Part shown: piece by piece, positions 36,832 to 49,529 of the stretch
How the letters are laid out: each line of letters begins with the position of its first letter
How positions within the stretch are numbered: the first letter of the stretch is position 1
Assembly (NCBI GenBank): GCA_002633005.1
Contig: NMRA01000711.1
Location: forward strand, 5,925 to 69,924
Source of the DNA: Phoronis australis
Lineage: Eukaryota > Animalia > Phoronida
Length of the DNA stretch: 64,000 nucleotides
Direction of reading: 5' to 3'
Made by a program: the position numbers and the translations under genes
Notes under the pieces: generated by a model
What the model was told of the DNA's origin: nothing
Databases searched by the model: none
What the model saw: only the letters and a program-made list of their open reading frames with translations

Positions 36832-38030
36832 GATTAGCACAGCATTAGAATGCCAGAAACAAATTTCTACTTGGAACTTTTCCTTCATAGTCACGAAATA
36901 ACACAAAGTATACACCTGAAGACCTATGAAAATACAGAGGTCAATGTAAAATACTATAAATTGCCACTAGAGGCAAATACTAAAATTGCCACTAGAGGCA
37001 TACCGGTAGTCAGGATCATCCTAAAGTCGTCATCGTCCGTTGTCAACATCACATCAATACACTTGCTAAATTTAGTAAAGATCCTGCAAACGGTTTGGGA
37101 GATACAACCATGGACGCAAAAAAAAACAAAACTGCCACTAGGAGGTGCCACAGTAGTCCAAATCGTCTGAAAATCATTGTCAGCTGTCTTCCTTATAGTA
37201 AGCACATACACGGCAATTTTCACAATCATCCTTTGAGCGGTTTGATTGATANNNNNNNNNNNNNNNNNNNNNNNNNNNNNNNNNNNNNNNNNNNNNNNNN
37301 NNNNNNNNNNNNNNNNNNNNNNNNNNNNNNNNNNNNNNNNNNNNNNNNNNNNNNNNNNNNNNNNNNNNNNNNNNNNNNNNNNNNNNNNNNNNNNNNNNNN
37401 NNNNNNNNNNNNNNNNNNNNNNNNNNNNNNNNNNNNNNNNNNNNNNNNNNNNNNNNNNNNNNNNNNNNNNNNNNNNNNNNNNNNNNNNNNNNNNNNNNNN
37501 NNNNNNNNNNNNNNNNNNNNNNNNNNNNNNNNNNNNNNNNNNNNNNNNNNNNNNNNNNNNNNNNNNNNNNNNNNNNNNNNNNNNNNNNNNNNNNNNNNNN
37601 NNNNNNNNNNNNNNNNNNNNNNNNNNNNNNNNNNNNNNNNNNNNNNNNNNNNNNNNNNNNNNNNNNNNNNNNNNNNNNNNNNNNNNNNNNNNNNNNNNNN
37701 NNNNNNNNNNNNNNNNNNNNNNNNNNNNNNNNNNNNNNNNNNNNNNNNNNNNNNNNNNNNNNNNNNNNNNNNNNNNNNNNNNNNNNNNNNNNNNNNNNNN
37801 NNNNNNNNNNNNNNNNNNNNNNNNNNNNNNNNNNNNNNNNNNNNNNNNNNNNNNNNNNNNNNNNNNNNNNNNNNNNNNNNNNNNNNNNNNNNNNNNNNNN
37901 NNNNNNNNNNNNNNNNNNNNNNNNNNNNNNNNNNNNNNNNNNNNNNNNNNNNNNNNNNNNNNNNNNNNNNNNNNNNNNNNNNNNNNNNNNNNNNNNNNNN
38001 NNNNNNNNNNNNNNNNNNNNNNNNNNNNNN

Positions 38031-38139
38031 TGAGATTGGCTGTGCTAGGTGAGAGGGTGGGAAGAGGTGAGAGGGGTGGGGGGAGGTGAGATTGGCTGTG
38101 CTAGGTGAGAGGGGTGGGAAGAGGTGAGAGGGGTGGGGG
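38031..38139. repeat. G-rich minisatellite (~56-bp unit) adjoining a gap
   Basis: tgagattggctgtgctaggtgagag... occurs twice, immediately after the N-run. Confidence 0.7.
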
Positions 38140-38181
38140 CAAGAGGAGTAAGGGAGGTTAGGCAAACCAAAAATTGTTTTA

Positions 38182-38400
<219 letters not shown>

Positions 38401-39492
38401 CTAAAAGACAAAACATCTTGCACTTTACAAAAGGACGTGTCCAGATTTGCACACATTGGCAATACGCGCTGCAAGAAGAACTCTGTAAAAAGCACACTGC
38501 GCACTGCACAAATCTAGATTCGATTTTTAAAATTTATTAATGAGTGAGCCTCGTTAGTATAGAAAATTTTGTGTCATATGGCAACCCATTGATGATAATC
38601 AGAGTAATGTGAGAGTAATTCATGGGAAATCCTATTGATCATGAAACTATATCAAGAGTAATAATATGAATTATCATGCATATCAAACACCATGTGAATT
38701 CATATATCCTTAATAATGAATTGTAATCAAGCACAATTGAGTTTAACACATTAACTTCAAACAGACAAGTCAATACAGAGTACAAGCAGACAAGAGATGG
38801 TTCTCATTGTCAGCTATAACATTTCACAGTTGCATCTCATAAGACAGGAGTCCTAACCATCGCACTATATCTTATACATGGCACAGACTTCTCAGAAGGA
38901 ATGTCATAATCCAATCAGATGGCCGTTGCAGAAATATTGCGGATATATTTAGAAATCTATATTAACTTTGAGTCACTTAATTATTCACACCTCCTCCTGC
39001 TTACACAACTCCCTTTTTCACAGCGCCACCTTTACAGGACATGGAATTGTGAAAGGGTGATGAACATGCAGAAATATGTGATGTAGGCATCGGTGTGTAT
39101 GTCTCAGTTAGGACGTTTCTAGTAAACACGTGCATCAGAAATGAGCGGAAAGTAACAGTAAACCAGTTTTTTTTTTTCATTTGATGCTCTTTAGATCGCC
39201 TGAGTCAAGAAAGACAAACTTGAGTGGAATGAATCCATCTTGTGTGTTCTTGTAAATGTTGCAGCAGTAGCAACAGCAGAAGCAGCAGCAGCAGCAGCAA
39301 CAGTAGCAAGCCACTAAGACATTTGTCAATAAATGACACAGCATACTTATGCATTTACCAACATTCAACCAATCAGAATGTATACATATTATTTTCTAAC
39401 CAATCAGAATGTTATTTTGTTCCACCAATCAATGAGATGACATGTTATATCATAGTTTCACTACCCTTACTATTACTGAGAGATTGTACTTA

Positions 39493-39627
<135 letters not shown>

Positions 39628-40557
39628 TTAGCAATATACAACAATTGATGACACAGTTATTTAAAACTGTTATATTCTCTGCCTTGTTGAGTCCCATGTC
39701 AAGAAACATTATGAAAACAATCTTACATTGACACTCTAACTGAATGAGATTGGGCAACTCCACCTGTTGGCTCACCACAAAATTTGTCGGTTTAGATCAA
39801 AGACGCCATGCTGCTGTGGTTAATTAAATCACCTCAGGCTGCTGATGTTATCCTTCTCAAGACAATAACACCCTTCATTAACATATAAAGGGGCAGCAAT
39901 ACTATTTCCAAAGTTTCGTTTTGAAAGTTTTTAAATAGCATATTTGAATAGTTCTTTAAAAGCACACGTGACTAAGCTTTTGAATTTTGAAAATTGGACA
40001 AAGAATGTGACTTTTACAACCTAAAACGTTTGATTAATACTGCAATAATATGTTCCTCTGTATAATTCTGCTGGGTTTGCAACATAATTAGGCCAATGGT
40101 CAAACCACCCGGCAGCAGTTGGATGTTGAGGTACGTGAGCCAAGTGTCATCACACAGTTCTTGGAATGATGGAACAGACAGTATCAAGCCCAAAAGTCAT
40201 TTCTAGCTAAGAACAGTTTTATGACTGGTAAGAAATCTGAATCAAAAGTGTTTATTGACAGAAGAGGCACTTAAACTGTTTATTGACAGAAGGGGCACTT
40301 AAACTTTATACACATGATTTGAGTTCAGTTTTCACCCACAATTTTTTGTAAATAGCGACATCATATTTACAGGGTGTCTTGTGTCCTTCTTCTCAAAGAC
40401 TTTTCACTGGCTGCCTGAAAAATGTTTCCTTCCAATTTTTCTTAATGTATCATAGCAGAATGAATAAGATATCCAAGGCTCATTTAAAAGTGAACGCAAA
40501 ACACATGGGGTGTTCTCACGGTCTTCTACAGTCACCTAGCAACACAATACACCATAC

Positions 40558-40733
40558 CCTGTGAAACACGTGTGAGCATGAAAGTAAGACTTGCTGCAGT
40601 GTTCCAATGTGTTCTTTGCAGATTACACAAGGGTGAGTGAAGTCATCTCTCTCACAAGACTTCGCCTTCAATGAGGACCAGTCCTCCTCTGTCAGCAATT
40701 GACTGGGGCCTTCAACTAGCCCCATTTTCTGAG
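40558..40733 (-). CDS. RNF32: RNF32 exon 4 (start of first RING-H2)
   Basis: AQKMGLVEGPSQLLTEEDW...CVICKE...QQVLLSCSHVFHR; phase 1/0. Confidence 0.92.
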
Positions 40734-40860
40734 CTGAAATAAGAATGCAAACATGAGAAACTAGACATATTGTGCGAACATTGTGCCTATTTATTGCTTG
40801 TGTCCCAACACATAAACAGGACAAGATCAGAACCATTAGTTAAGTATGTTTACTGTCTAA

Positions 40861-41225
40861 ATCACCTTCTAAAAAGCATAAAAGTCTGGTGAGTCAGACG
40901 TTTCCGCCCTTTCTCTAAGGGCCTTGTTCACTGACTAGATTTCCCGCGTCTGGTTGACCTGGGTTTAGAATGAGGTCGTATACTGCTGGGAGCTGAAACC
41001 CTTGATCCCTGTTGGAATTGGGGCAAGGGTTATAGCTCCCAGCAGTGTACGACCTCATTCTAAAACATGTCAACCTGACGTAGGAAATCCAATCAGTGAA
41101 AAAGGCCCTTAGAGAGAGGGCGGAAATGTCTGACTCAACAGACTTTTAGACTTTTTAGAAAGTGATATAGCCATTTAACATCATATCATCGGAAAGCAAT
41201 GAAAAACCTTTTCCATCGCATTTTA
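40861..41225. mobile_element. Penelope-like retroelement remnant: inverted pseudo-LTR foldback
   Basis: ~150-bp arms form a ~305-bp palindrome (40861-41166). The minus-strand arm encodes NRDQGFQLPAVYDLIL, the typical C-terminus of Penelope GIY-YIG ORFs, followed by a hammerhead-like motif. Confidence 0.8.
40892..40936 (-). ncRNA. Minimal type-I hammerhead ribozyme-like motif (PLE type)
   Basis: AGUCA-GUGAACA-ag-GCCCUU-agaga-AAGGGC-g-GAAACGUC-UGACU: stem I, core, stem II, palindromic ACGU stem III and GUC site. A more degenerate copy lies on the + strand at 41091-41135. Confidence 0.55.
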
Positions 41226-41266
41226 ATAGTCTTGTCAGTAATGACAGTGGGCAAAGCTTGATATAC

Positions 41267-41347
41267 CTAGTGTTGGCTTTGGAGGTTTTGGATCAAGAAC
41301 ATACTCCTTGTCTTTCTCAGCAGGTTTCTTTTTTGTCATTGGTTTTC
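41267..41347 (-). CDS. RNF32: RNF32 exon 3
   Basis: KPMTKKKPAEKDKEYVLDPKPPKPTL; the EYVLDPKPP motif is conserved; phase 1/1. Confidence 0.9.
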
Positions 41348-41714
41348 CTGTAATGATGATAAGAATTTGATCACTGGCACAAGAAATATGTAATTTATAA
41401 CTGCAAACAGAAGGTAACAATAATTAATATTTTTTCACTAATTACAATATCATGATAACTGACAGACTAAAACAACATTCTGGTATGTACGGGTATTCAT
41501 ATTTAAGGCCTTGATAATGTTAATTCACATCACATGTGGATTTAGGGGAGCACACACAGGACCTGGACACCCACAATCTGGCACATGTTTTTGGGCTATT
41601 GTGAACATGCTGCAAACATAATAACTGTTTCCTGTGTGATCGCACATCCAAATCTGAGAACGCTACAGCAGTCTGTAGACACATTTTGGTCTACATGAGG
41701 AAGGCAGTGTTTAC

Positions 41715-41871
41715 CTCTGCCAGTGTCAATAGTTGCTTTTATTTCTTTCCTTGGTTTTGGTCTGCCAATCTTTCTGCTAGGACTTGCTTTCAACACTCCG
41801 TCAGATAGGGACAAATTGCGTAATATGTGGTCCTGCAGTGCAACAGCGGCCATTGCAGTTGAGCCTCCAGT
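41715..41871 (-). CDS. RNF32: RNF32 exon 2
   Basis: TGGSTAMAAVALQDHILRNLSLSD...IKATIDTG; phase 0/1. Confidence 0.9.
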
Positions 41872-43489
41872 CTAATGAAAACAAGAATCAAGAATTTACA
41901 GGAAATACAAACTTAACCGTGTGTTCATAAATAAAAATACTTGCCCTTGCGAAGTGTACTTGGTGTAACCTAACAAATAAAATCTAAAGTTTTGCAAAGT
42001 ATTGGTAGAGTTCCAGATTCACCAACTGAGACTGGATCACAGGCCAAGACTAGCATTGTTTCTGTAGAAGAGAATTACATTGTATATTGGCAAGCAGAGC
42101 AAAGTTATGAGGTCAATCTTATCAACTGTGATTGAAACCATAAAATACATTGTACTAGTTGTGAATTTTATGGCATAATTGCCAGGCAATAATGGCTTAC
42201 AAAACCTTTCACTTCATGGTTTCAGTTAAATTATGTTCTTACGTGGGGCATAATGAATGTTCATAATCAATTATTCAAACACACACTTCATTTAGCTTGG
42301 AAGGTAGAGGGTGAATCCATCCTATCTCGTGAGCCTAGCACACATGTTGGTTGTCTTTTGTGCGTCAGGCTGAACTCTAACACGGGTGGAAGTGGCTGCG
42401 GGGAAGGTGGCACAAACAACAGGGGGTGGAAGCAACAGGATGGATCAATGAGATCGTAATTGTAACAAAGCACTCTTGCTAAATGCTATCATCATTATGG
42501 CAATCCAACTGTATCAAGACAGATACTTATAAACTATTGTCAGCAACACCTTTTCATAAACTTCAAAGATTTCTGATTAATTAATAAATATTTATCTGTT
42601 TCACAACAGTAGAACTTTAGTCACTGAACACATTGTTAAGACAGTCATATCACAGTCCTGCACAACTAATGTAAAATTGGCAATAGCCAATTTGGGCAAA
42701 TGAAAGAAGGATTCTAGGCTGCATAAGTAGTCGCTGGAAAGAGTTAAAGACATCAACGACCTCTTATGCGCATATGTTCTTATACAATAAAAATGTGATT
42801 TTGATGGTTTCATCAATGTGAGGCACAATTCCGGCACCTGGCGGGCCCATGCATAGATGATCACCATCTCTACTAGGGATAGTTACTAAAGACAGTACCA
42901 GTAGCTTCCAATGCAAGTGTCTTGATCTACACAGTGTCAGTGATTAGTTCTAACTTGTAATAAGGCAAGATTACCCAACCCCAGAATCGAATCAGCAACC
43001 CAGATATAACTGGAAAGCATGCTGTTGTAGGTGAATTATATGAGCCTCTGTTAGCTACTCGCTGACGGGGAATTGCCTATTAGNNNNNNNNNNNNNNNNN
43101 NNNNNNNNNNNNNNNNNNNNNNNNNNNNNNNNNNNNNNNNNNNNNNNNNNNNNNNNNNNNNNNNNNNNNNNNNNNNNNNNNNNNNNNNNNNNNNNNNNNN
43201 NNNNNNNNNNNNNNNNNNNNNNNNNNNNNNNNNNNNNNNNNNNNNNNNNNNNNNNNNNNNNNNNNNNNNNNNNNNNNNNNNNNNNNNNNNNNNCTCATAT
43301 ATGATTCACAAGAGGCACAGATCTACAACAGTACAGCCCTTCTACGACACAGTGTGTATAACTAACCAACTTTTAAATAGTAAAAGTGTTGGAAATACGT
43401 GCAGTGAAAATGTAGAATCATGTGCCATACACACATGCACATCGCACTCGACAGCCCGCGGTCCGAAATTCAGCTCTGGTGAAACTCAC

Positions 43490-43540
43490 TTGAAAACTTT
43501 TCATTTGTTTCTTTAAGCCATAGGATCCAAATCCGCTCAT
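43490..43540 (-). CDS. RNF32: RNF32 exon 1 (coding part)
   Basis: ATG at 43540, MSGFGSYGLKKQMKSFQ|gtgagt; phase 0 fits exon 2. Confidence 0.65.
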
Positions 43541-43805
43541 TTTCGTTGGGTGAATGTTTTGGCCAACAATGATATTCTTGAACGGCCACAAACATAGAAA
43601 GCGTCCTTTTTGCAACTGACGTTGTGAAGGACTCCAAAATGCGGAAGCGGAAGTGATGCGTTCAATTTTCAACAACAGGGGACGCTTCCAAACCAACTGG
43701 GTTGAGTTCCGCCAGGACCACGCTCTGTAATTTAGCTGACAGCACGTGGTTTTGGCTAGATTTCATCGAGGTCCTAGCGTCACTGAACTCCACCCTTATA
43801 GCAGC
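43541..43805. promoter_or_regulatory. Bidirectional promoter region between RNF32 and translin
   Basis: 265 bp between divergent ATGs, with a tandem ETS/GABP-type site GCGGAAGCGGAAGTG at 43641-43655. Confidence 0.65.
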
Positions 43806-43877
43806 ATGAGCACGACTGTTTCTGATGTGTTCGCTTCTTTTCAAAAGTACATAAATGACGAGCACGATATCAAGGAA
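43806..43877 (+). CDS. TSN: Translin exon 1
   Basis: MSTTVSDVFASFQKYINDEHDIKE|gtgagc; the 6-exon model gives 229 aa, and the exon breaks appear to match vertebrate TSN (from memory). Confidence 0.92.
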
Positions 43878-44079
43878 GTGAGCAATGACATGTCGTTTGT
43901 GATATGTTTTGTATTACACAATGTGCACACAGACACACCAACTGTCTTTTATCAGTAGTTTCCGCAATCATTTCAGCCTTGACTTGTCACCTAATCATGA
44001 CGGGTAGTGAGTAGGCCTACCGATGCCATGGCAAATAGTCGGACATAGCGGTTTCACTACTTTGTTTTTGTCAACATAT

Positions 44080-44258
44080 CAGGGGCGGAAACAGGATTTT
44101 GTGTTAGGGGGGCCAGGGCAGATATTTAGCCATTTACAATGATTTAGCCATGATTTTGACCTCCAGACATTCTCATCCCCGAACTGCCAAATGGAATGTG
44201 AGAGAATTTTAGGGGGGCCATGGTCCCTTCACCCCCCCCCCCTCTAAATCCGCCACTG
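44080..44258. mobile_element. Short MITE (CAGGGGCGGA...TCCGCCACTG)
   Basis: Imperfect TIRs with G/C runs; a related end (cccctaaatccgcctatg) lies at about 541-588. Confidence 0.55.
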
Positions 44259-45233
44259 TATATTGTGACTTATAATTACGATTTTGGTATCCATTACATC
44301 AGGAGATGTATATGCATTGGTCCTATATCGGTTTTACAATATCTTTACGTATTGGTCTGCTGGTGAAGGATGGTGACCACCAGTATATCCCGGCCGTTTA
44401 GGGATAAACTTTTTGGTGTGTACACCCCGCAATGTATGTAGTAGACCACTCCATCATTGATTTACATCATCAAGACCCCGATCATGAGTGATGTGGATTC
44501 CTATAGCTCGACGTCTTATCTCCTATATCTTTAAAGTCCTTGCAAGATGTTTTTGAAATTTTGCCATTGTATTCTTATTAATTCAATTGAGAGCAGTTGG
44601 ATGGATTCACTGTGGGTCCTAATGGCACTTTGTTGTATTAAGTTTGCCTTTGTATCTTTGGAGTTCTTCGATGGATTTTTTTTGAAATTTGGCAAACAGT
44701 TTTGAGATACGACAACACCTTCCTGTTTTTGGATGTGTTCAATGTATTCTGTGCCATTTAATGGCCATTTTTACGATACACCCCTAGAAGCGGTGCTATC
44801 GTGGGCGCATTTCAACCCTTCGCATTGTTCTTGTTAAAATAGTGTTTTCCACACGAGATTTCGTCTGGTAATGTGGACACTAGATCTGCGTCATGTAGTC
44901 GAGACTCACGGTGATCAGTCACAGCTAGCTGCACAAGATGCGCTCTGACGGTGCAGTATTGACTATGTTAGTTTTGAAAATCCGTGTTTTTAATGCAAGT
45001 GTTTAGAAACTTTGTTTCAATGCAAGTGTCGAAAAAACATGTTTCAATAGTACATATCCAAAACTAATTAGATAAATTTTTGGTTCTCTGTCATGTCTAG
45101 TTCATGATGAATTGTTATTCTACTATGCTATCTTGGCGATTTAGAATTATGACACATTCAGGTCATCCTGTCTGATTGTTTCGTACATCACTAACTGGTT
45201 CCTTGATCAAACTTATTTTTGTCATTTTTTCAG

Positions 45234-45327
45234 GAAATCCGAGCTTGCGTTAGAAATCTTGAGCAAGCTGCCAGGGAGATCTTGACTGTATTACAAGGCG
45301 TTCATCAGCCTGATGGAATAAAGCAAA
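45234..45327 (+). CDS. TSN: Translin exon 2
   Basis: EIRACVRNLEQAAREILTVLQGVHQPDGIKQ; phase 0/1. Confidence 0.93.
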
Positions 45328-46949
45328 GTATGTTGGCTTATTAGAATGTCCGGTGTGCATTACGGCTCTTGTCTGGTTGAGGCTGAGGAATCTGAAATTG
45401 TGAAAGTCAAAAATGAGTGTTGAACTGACCATAAAGACTAGCTTCCAAATTTTTTGATTCTTTGCATTGTCCATTGGTTAGAGGAATTCAGTTAGATTGA
45501 GTTGGGGTGAACAAACAAAAGGGCAACTCAGAAATGTACATGATTTTGAACTCGGGCAACATTGTTTAAGTGACCGGAGAGCCAACATTTTGACTGCTGT
45601 TGGGTGACGGAAAAATCGACAGCCTAGGATCATCCGATGCGGTGAGGTCTCGCGTTACGTACAATGTGAACAGCAGCACCCAGGGAATGGTGTTTATTTA
45701 CAGGAGAAATTGAAGAGATGTGCATAATTTTTAATAATGGCGCCAGTGGAACAACAGTTTTTTGTTGTTGATTTTGGTCGGCGATTTTCGACCTCAGTCT
45801 TAGCGACGTCAATTTTCATTTGGCAATCTAGGATTTTCGCTAAGTCACGTCTGGCGAGTTGGCGTTGGCTTAGCATCGAGAACTGGTTAGTAATCTCCAT
45901 ACCTGAGGTGGTGCTGGTTTCTTTTTTGATAATCAGCTAACATTAGCAGCATGCAGGAGCATAAACAGGCACCAGGGTACTTTTCAAGAAGTCTCGACTA
46001 AATACAGAATCTATTTGTGTTCATCTCGATAGTATTACATATACCTGACTAAGAAAACGGTTTCTTGAGCGATATGTTTGAAAGAACAAAATTGACACAA
46101 TAAATGTGATTTTACAAATTATGTGGGTGGGTGCTTATTTGGTAAGGTTTAGTGTAAAAGCAGTCAGTGCTGGATGAAGGTTTCTTGAGCTCATAAGCAA
46201 TGAGGGCCATGGTAATTTAACTGCCTTCCCCAGTCATCGCAATTTCACCTGTCTGCCCCTATGAGATTGGGGCACCCAGTTTGTGCAGGCTCTAAGATGT
46301 AGCTTTTAATGGATATTCATGCAGTGGAAGTTGGTGACACACATATGTCTGCTGCTCAATGAAGTTGATCACACCATGTGTTAGGTTATGTAGGGCCCTA
46401 AAAATGGCCAATTTTGGCCAACTTGGGAACATCGTATTACAAATATGGCTGATTGGATTCTCCAAAGCACTGTCAGATATCATTTTTAAAATTTCAACTT
46501 TTGCATGAAGGGCTATCAAAAAATAGGACTTAATATTTTTTGTGAAAAAGTATTAACTTCGTTGCATAGAAGGAAAGTGAAATGATAATTTAGAAATTTG
46601 TGTTTTTGAGATTTTGTCTGAAACATTGGTAACATACAAAGTTTTTGATCCTGTTGTATTGCTATGAATCTATCTCAATATTTCTGTTTTCCTTTGCAAG
46701 AAAGCAAGTTCGTATGACCTAATCAGTGGCGGATTGGTATGAATTAAAACATGAAATTCTATAGAATTTCGGGTTTCAGAAAATACATAGTTTTGCTGAT
46801 TTAAGTTCTTCAGTTTTCTTTAGTTTTGTAAATGTTCAGCTAAATGTGCACACTTTTCATTAATGTCCTCCGTAACCATACTCAGTTCGCTTATTAGTCA
46901 GTTTATGGTAGGCACTTGTTGTCACTTGCAGTTTTCCCAACCATTTCAG

Positions 46950-47046
46950 TATCCAGTATTACCACTAGCGCCAGAGAACTTCTGCCAAGAGTGAAGGACA
47001 TGTTACAGGAACTATCTGTCAAGATACCAAAGAACCAGTATTATAG
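46950..47046 (+). CDS. TSN: Translin exon 3
   Basis: ISSITTSARELLPRVKDMLQELSVKIPKNQYYR; phase 1/2. Confidence 0.9.
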
Positions 47047-47482
47047 GTACTGCTTAATTGTGTAGTTTTGAGAGTTCCCATCCCCTTTCTAACATATTGT
47101 CTGCACTGTTAAAACTTCTGCTATAAACTGTTCAGATGAAAAATTAACCTTTGATACAATATGGCTATTTTATGGTAAGCAGAGTGCCAGTGTCAGTGTT
47201 AGTGTCTTTAAACAATATTTGGTAAACTTATCATTATGTACAAAGGTAACCTGCCATTGAAAGGTGGAAGAATGGCCATTTTCATTGACAGTTACTTTCG
47301 TTTGAAATAAGTGAATGTCGGTAAAACTGGCCTCTGCTTATTTTTTTGCTCACATTAGGGGTGATTTTTGGGCTTGGATGGAACTAACATCCATCATCCA
47401 GTTATTGCTGAGAACTAGGCTTATAGTTTTCACGTTCGGTGTCAAGCTGTTGGGTAGTGTTAGTTTTTGTTAAGGATGGAGA

Positions 47483-47687
47483 ACCCCTCTTAACCTAGCA
47501 TATCCCCTCTTAACTTATCGGGCCTCCCTCTAAATCTAGCAGAACCTCTTTAAACCTAGCATACCTCCCTCTAAACCTAGCATAGTGATACCCCCTCTAA
47601 ACCTACCAGACCCCCTCTAAACCTAGCATACCCCCTCTTAACCTAGCATACCCTTCTAAACCTAGCAGACCCCCTCTAANCCTTAGC
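47483..47687. repeat. Minisatellite, ~21-bp unit (cccctctaaacctagcata)
   Basis: About 9 degenerate tandem copies. Confidence 0.85.
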
Positions 47688-47742
47688 AAAAGACTATGTT
47701 CATTGAATGAATTGTCTGTAACTAATCTCGTCATTTTTATAG

Positions 47743-47858
47743 GTTTCATGATCAGTGGCGGTTTGCTATCCAACGGCTCGTTTTTGTGACAGCCTTCATT
47801 GTCTACCTTGAGACTGATCAACTCATACAGCAATCAATGTCAGCAGACATGTTGGGAG
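47743..47858 (+). CDS. TSN: Translin exon 4
   Basis: FHDQWRFAIQRLVFVTAFIVYLETDQLIQQSMSADMLG; phase 2/1. Confidence 0.93.
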
Positions 47859-48474
47859 GTAAGCACACACATTGTCGGCAGACATGTTGGGAGGTAAGCA
47901 CACACATTGTCGGCCATGATGCTGTTTTCTCTTTGGGTTACCAACACCCAGCTGTGCTTCCTTACTCTTGTTGTTTAAACCATACCTCACCGACTGTTTA
48001 TTGTCCCTGACAAACTGGGCGTGAATGCTTCCTTTTTGTGGTGACTTCGATTTCAGCTTTTAGTTGGAAATGAGAGATAACCTGCAGTTGATTTGAGGGG
48101 AATGTGATGTTAAAGACTGGGGTCTCTAGTCATATAAAGACTGGGGTCTCTAAGGATGGTAGCCTTTTTTGTTGCATTGCCATCTAGTTGTTCTGATTTT
48201 GATAAAGTAATCGATTTTTTGATCACCGTATTTGTTTTTTCCTGAGTCGCCATGCAAGAGAGAAAGTATTCAATTAATAATACATTATTAATCGTTTTTA
48301 ATTCTGCGTGGAACACTTGTTGTGAATTTTGGGACACTAATTTGTAACCTGACTTGAGCATTTTATTCATCCATATTCATTTTTTTCGTCTGACAATTAA
48401 CTGACCTGATGCATCTTTGCTCCTCAGGGAGAAAATATCTTTGGCTTGGATCACAGTTGTTCTTATTTCTGTAG

Positions 48475-48560
48475 TTTCACCTGAACGAACAGCGGACAGC
48501 GCATTCCATATAGACTTGGATGACTTCCTTATAGGCTTATTGTGGCTGACTAGTGAACTG
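48475..48560 (+). CDS. TSN: Translin exon 5
   Basis: VSPERTADSAFHIDLDDFLIGLLWLTSEL; phase 1/0. Confidence 0.93.
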
Positions 48561-49304
48561 GTACGTTATACTCTACTTTGAACTCAATGTCCAGTTATGA
48601 AGGTTGTCTCCAGGATAAATTAATAATAAGCCAACAACATTGTTGAAGCTTTACTATACTGCAACTCATCCTGAAACCTGTGCCTCTCTACTTATGGAAA
48701 CAAGCCCACGTCAAATTCACCCAAGGTTTCAGTCTTTTTTTTTCAAAACCCGCTCAATCAACACGAGGAGCGCAGGAAATGACGCCGTTGCACCTCTGAA
48801 GCTGGTTCAAGATGATTACTTCAGGTGGATTATTTCAAGAAAAATGGGAAACTTCATCACTGCCAGTTTACAAAAAATAACATATACAATCATACAACAG
48901 TCAGTTTGTTGGTCCAACACATGGTTCAATGTTTATTTATTATTTTGCCGAGATTTACTGTGCATTATGTAAGTTTTTTTTTCAAATTTGAATCAATGTA
49001 AATAGTTGTCCTTTTTTCAGTGTTTGAAGGCTTTGTAAAATTGCAGAAACTGCTCATAATTTTAATGTCTATTATCTAAGAACAACTACAGTTGACTAAC
49101 TGTGCTCGACACGAAACAAATTTCCTACTTTTTCTTGTCAAGAAATTTGACAAAAGTAAGATTTTGCAGTCCTGCCATATGATTCTAATCGCTTTTAGTG
49201 TGAGATAAATAGTTTCATATTTTTGGATAATCGTTGACTCAGAAGCTCAAAGACAGTATTCCAATTTGTCCCGGGGAGTCATCAGCTCTCCTTATGTTTT
49301 GTAG

Positions 49305-49529
49305 TCGAGGCTTGCAGTAAACGCGGTTATAGCCGAAGATTATGGAAGGCCGGCCAGAATAGCCAAGTTTATTGGGGAGCTTGACTCGGGTTTTCGTTTG
49401 TTGAACCTCAAGAATGATGCGCTACGGAAGAAGTTTGATGCACTTAAGTATGATCTCAAAAAGGCGGAGGAAGTTGTGTACGATGTGAAAATAAGAGGAC
49501 TTGAACCTTTGGTAGAAAAAAATACCTGA
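49305..49529 (+). CDS. TSN: Translin exon 6 (last)
   Basis: SRLAVNAVIAEDYGRP..I..FIGELDSGFRLLNLKNDALRKKFDALKYDLKKAEEVVYDVKIRGL...*. Confidence 0.95.
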   Translation, partial: SRLAVNAVIAEDYGRPARIAKFIGELDSGFRLLNLKNDALRKKFDALKYDLKKAEEVVYDVKIRGLEPLVEKNT

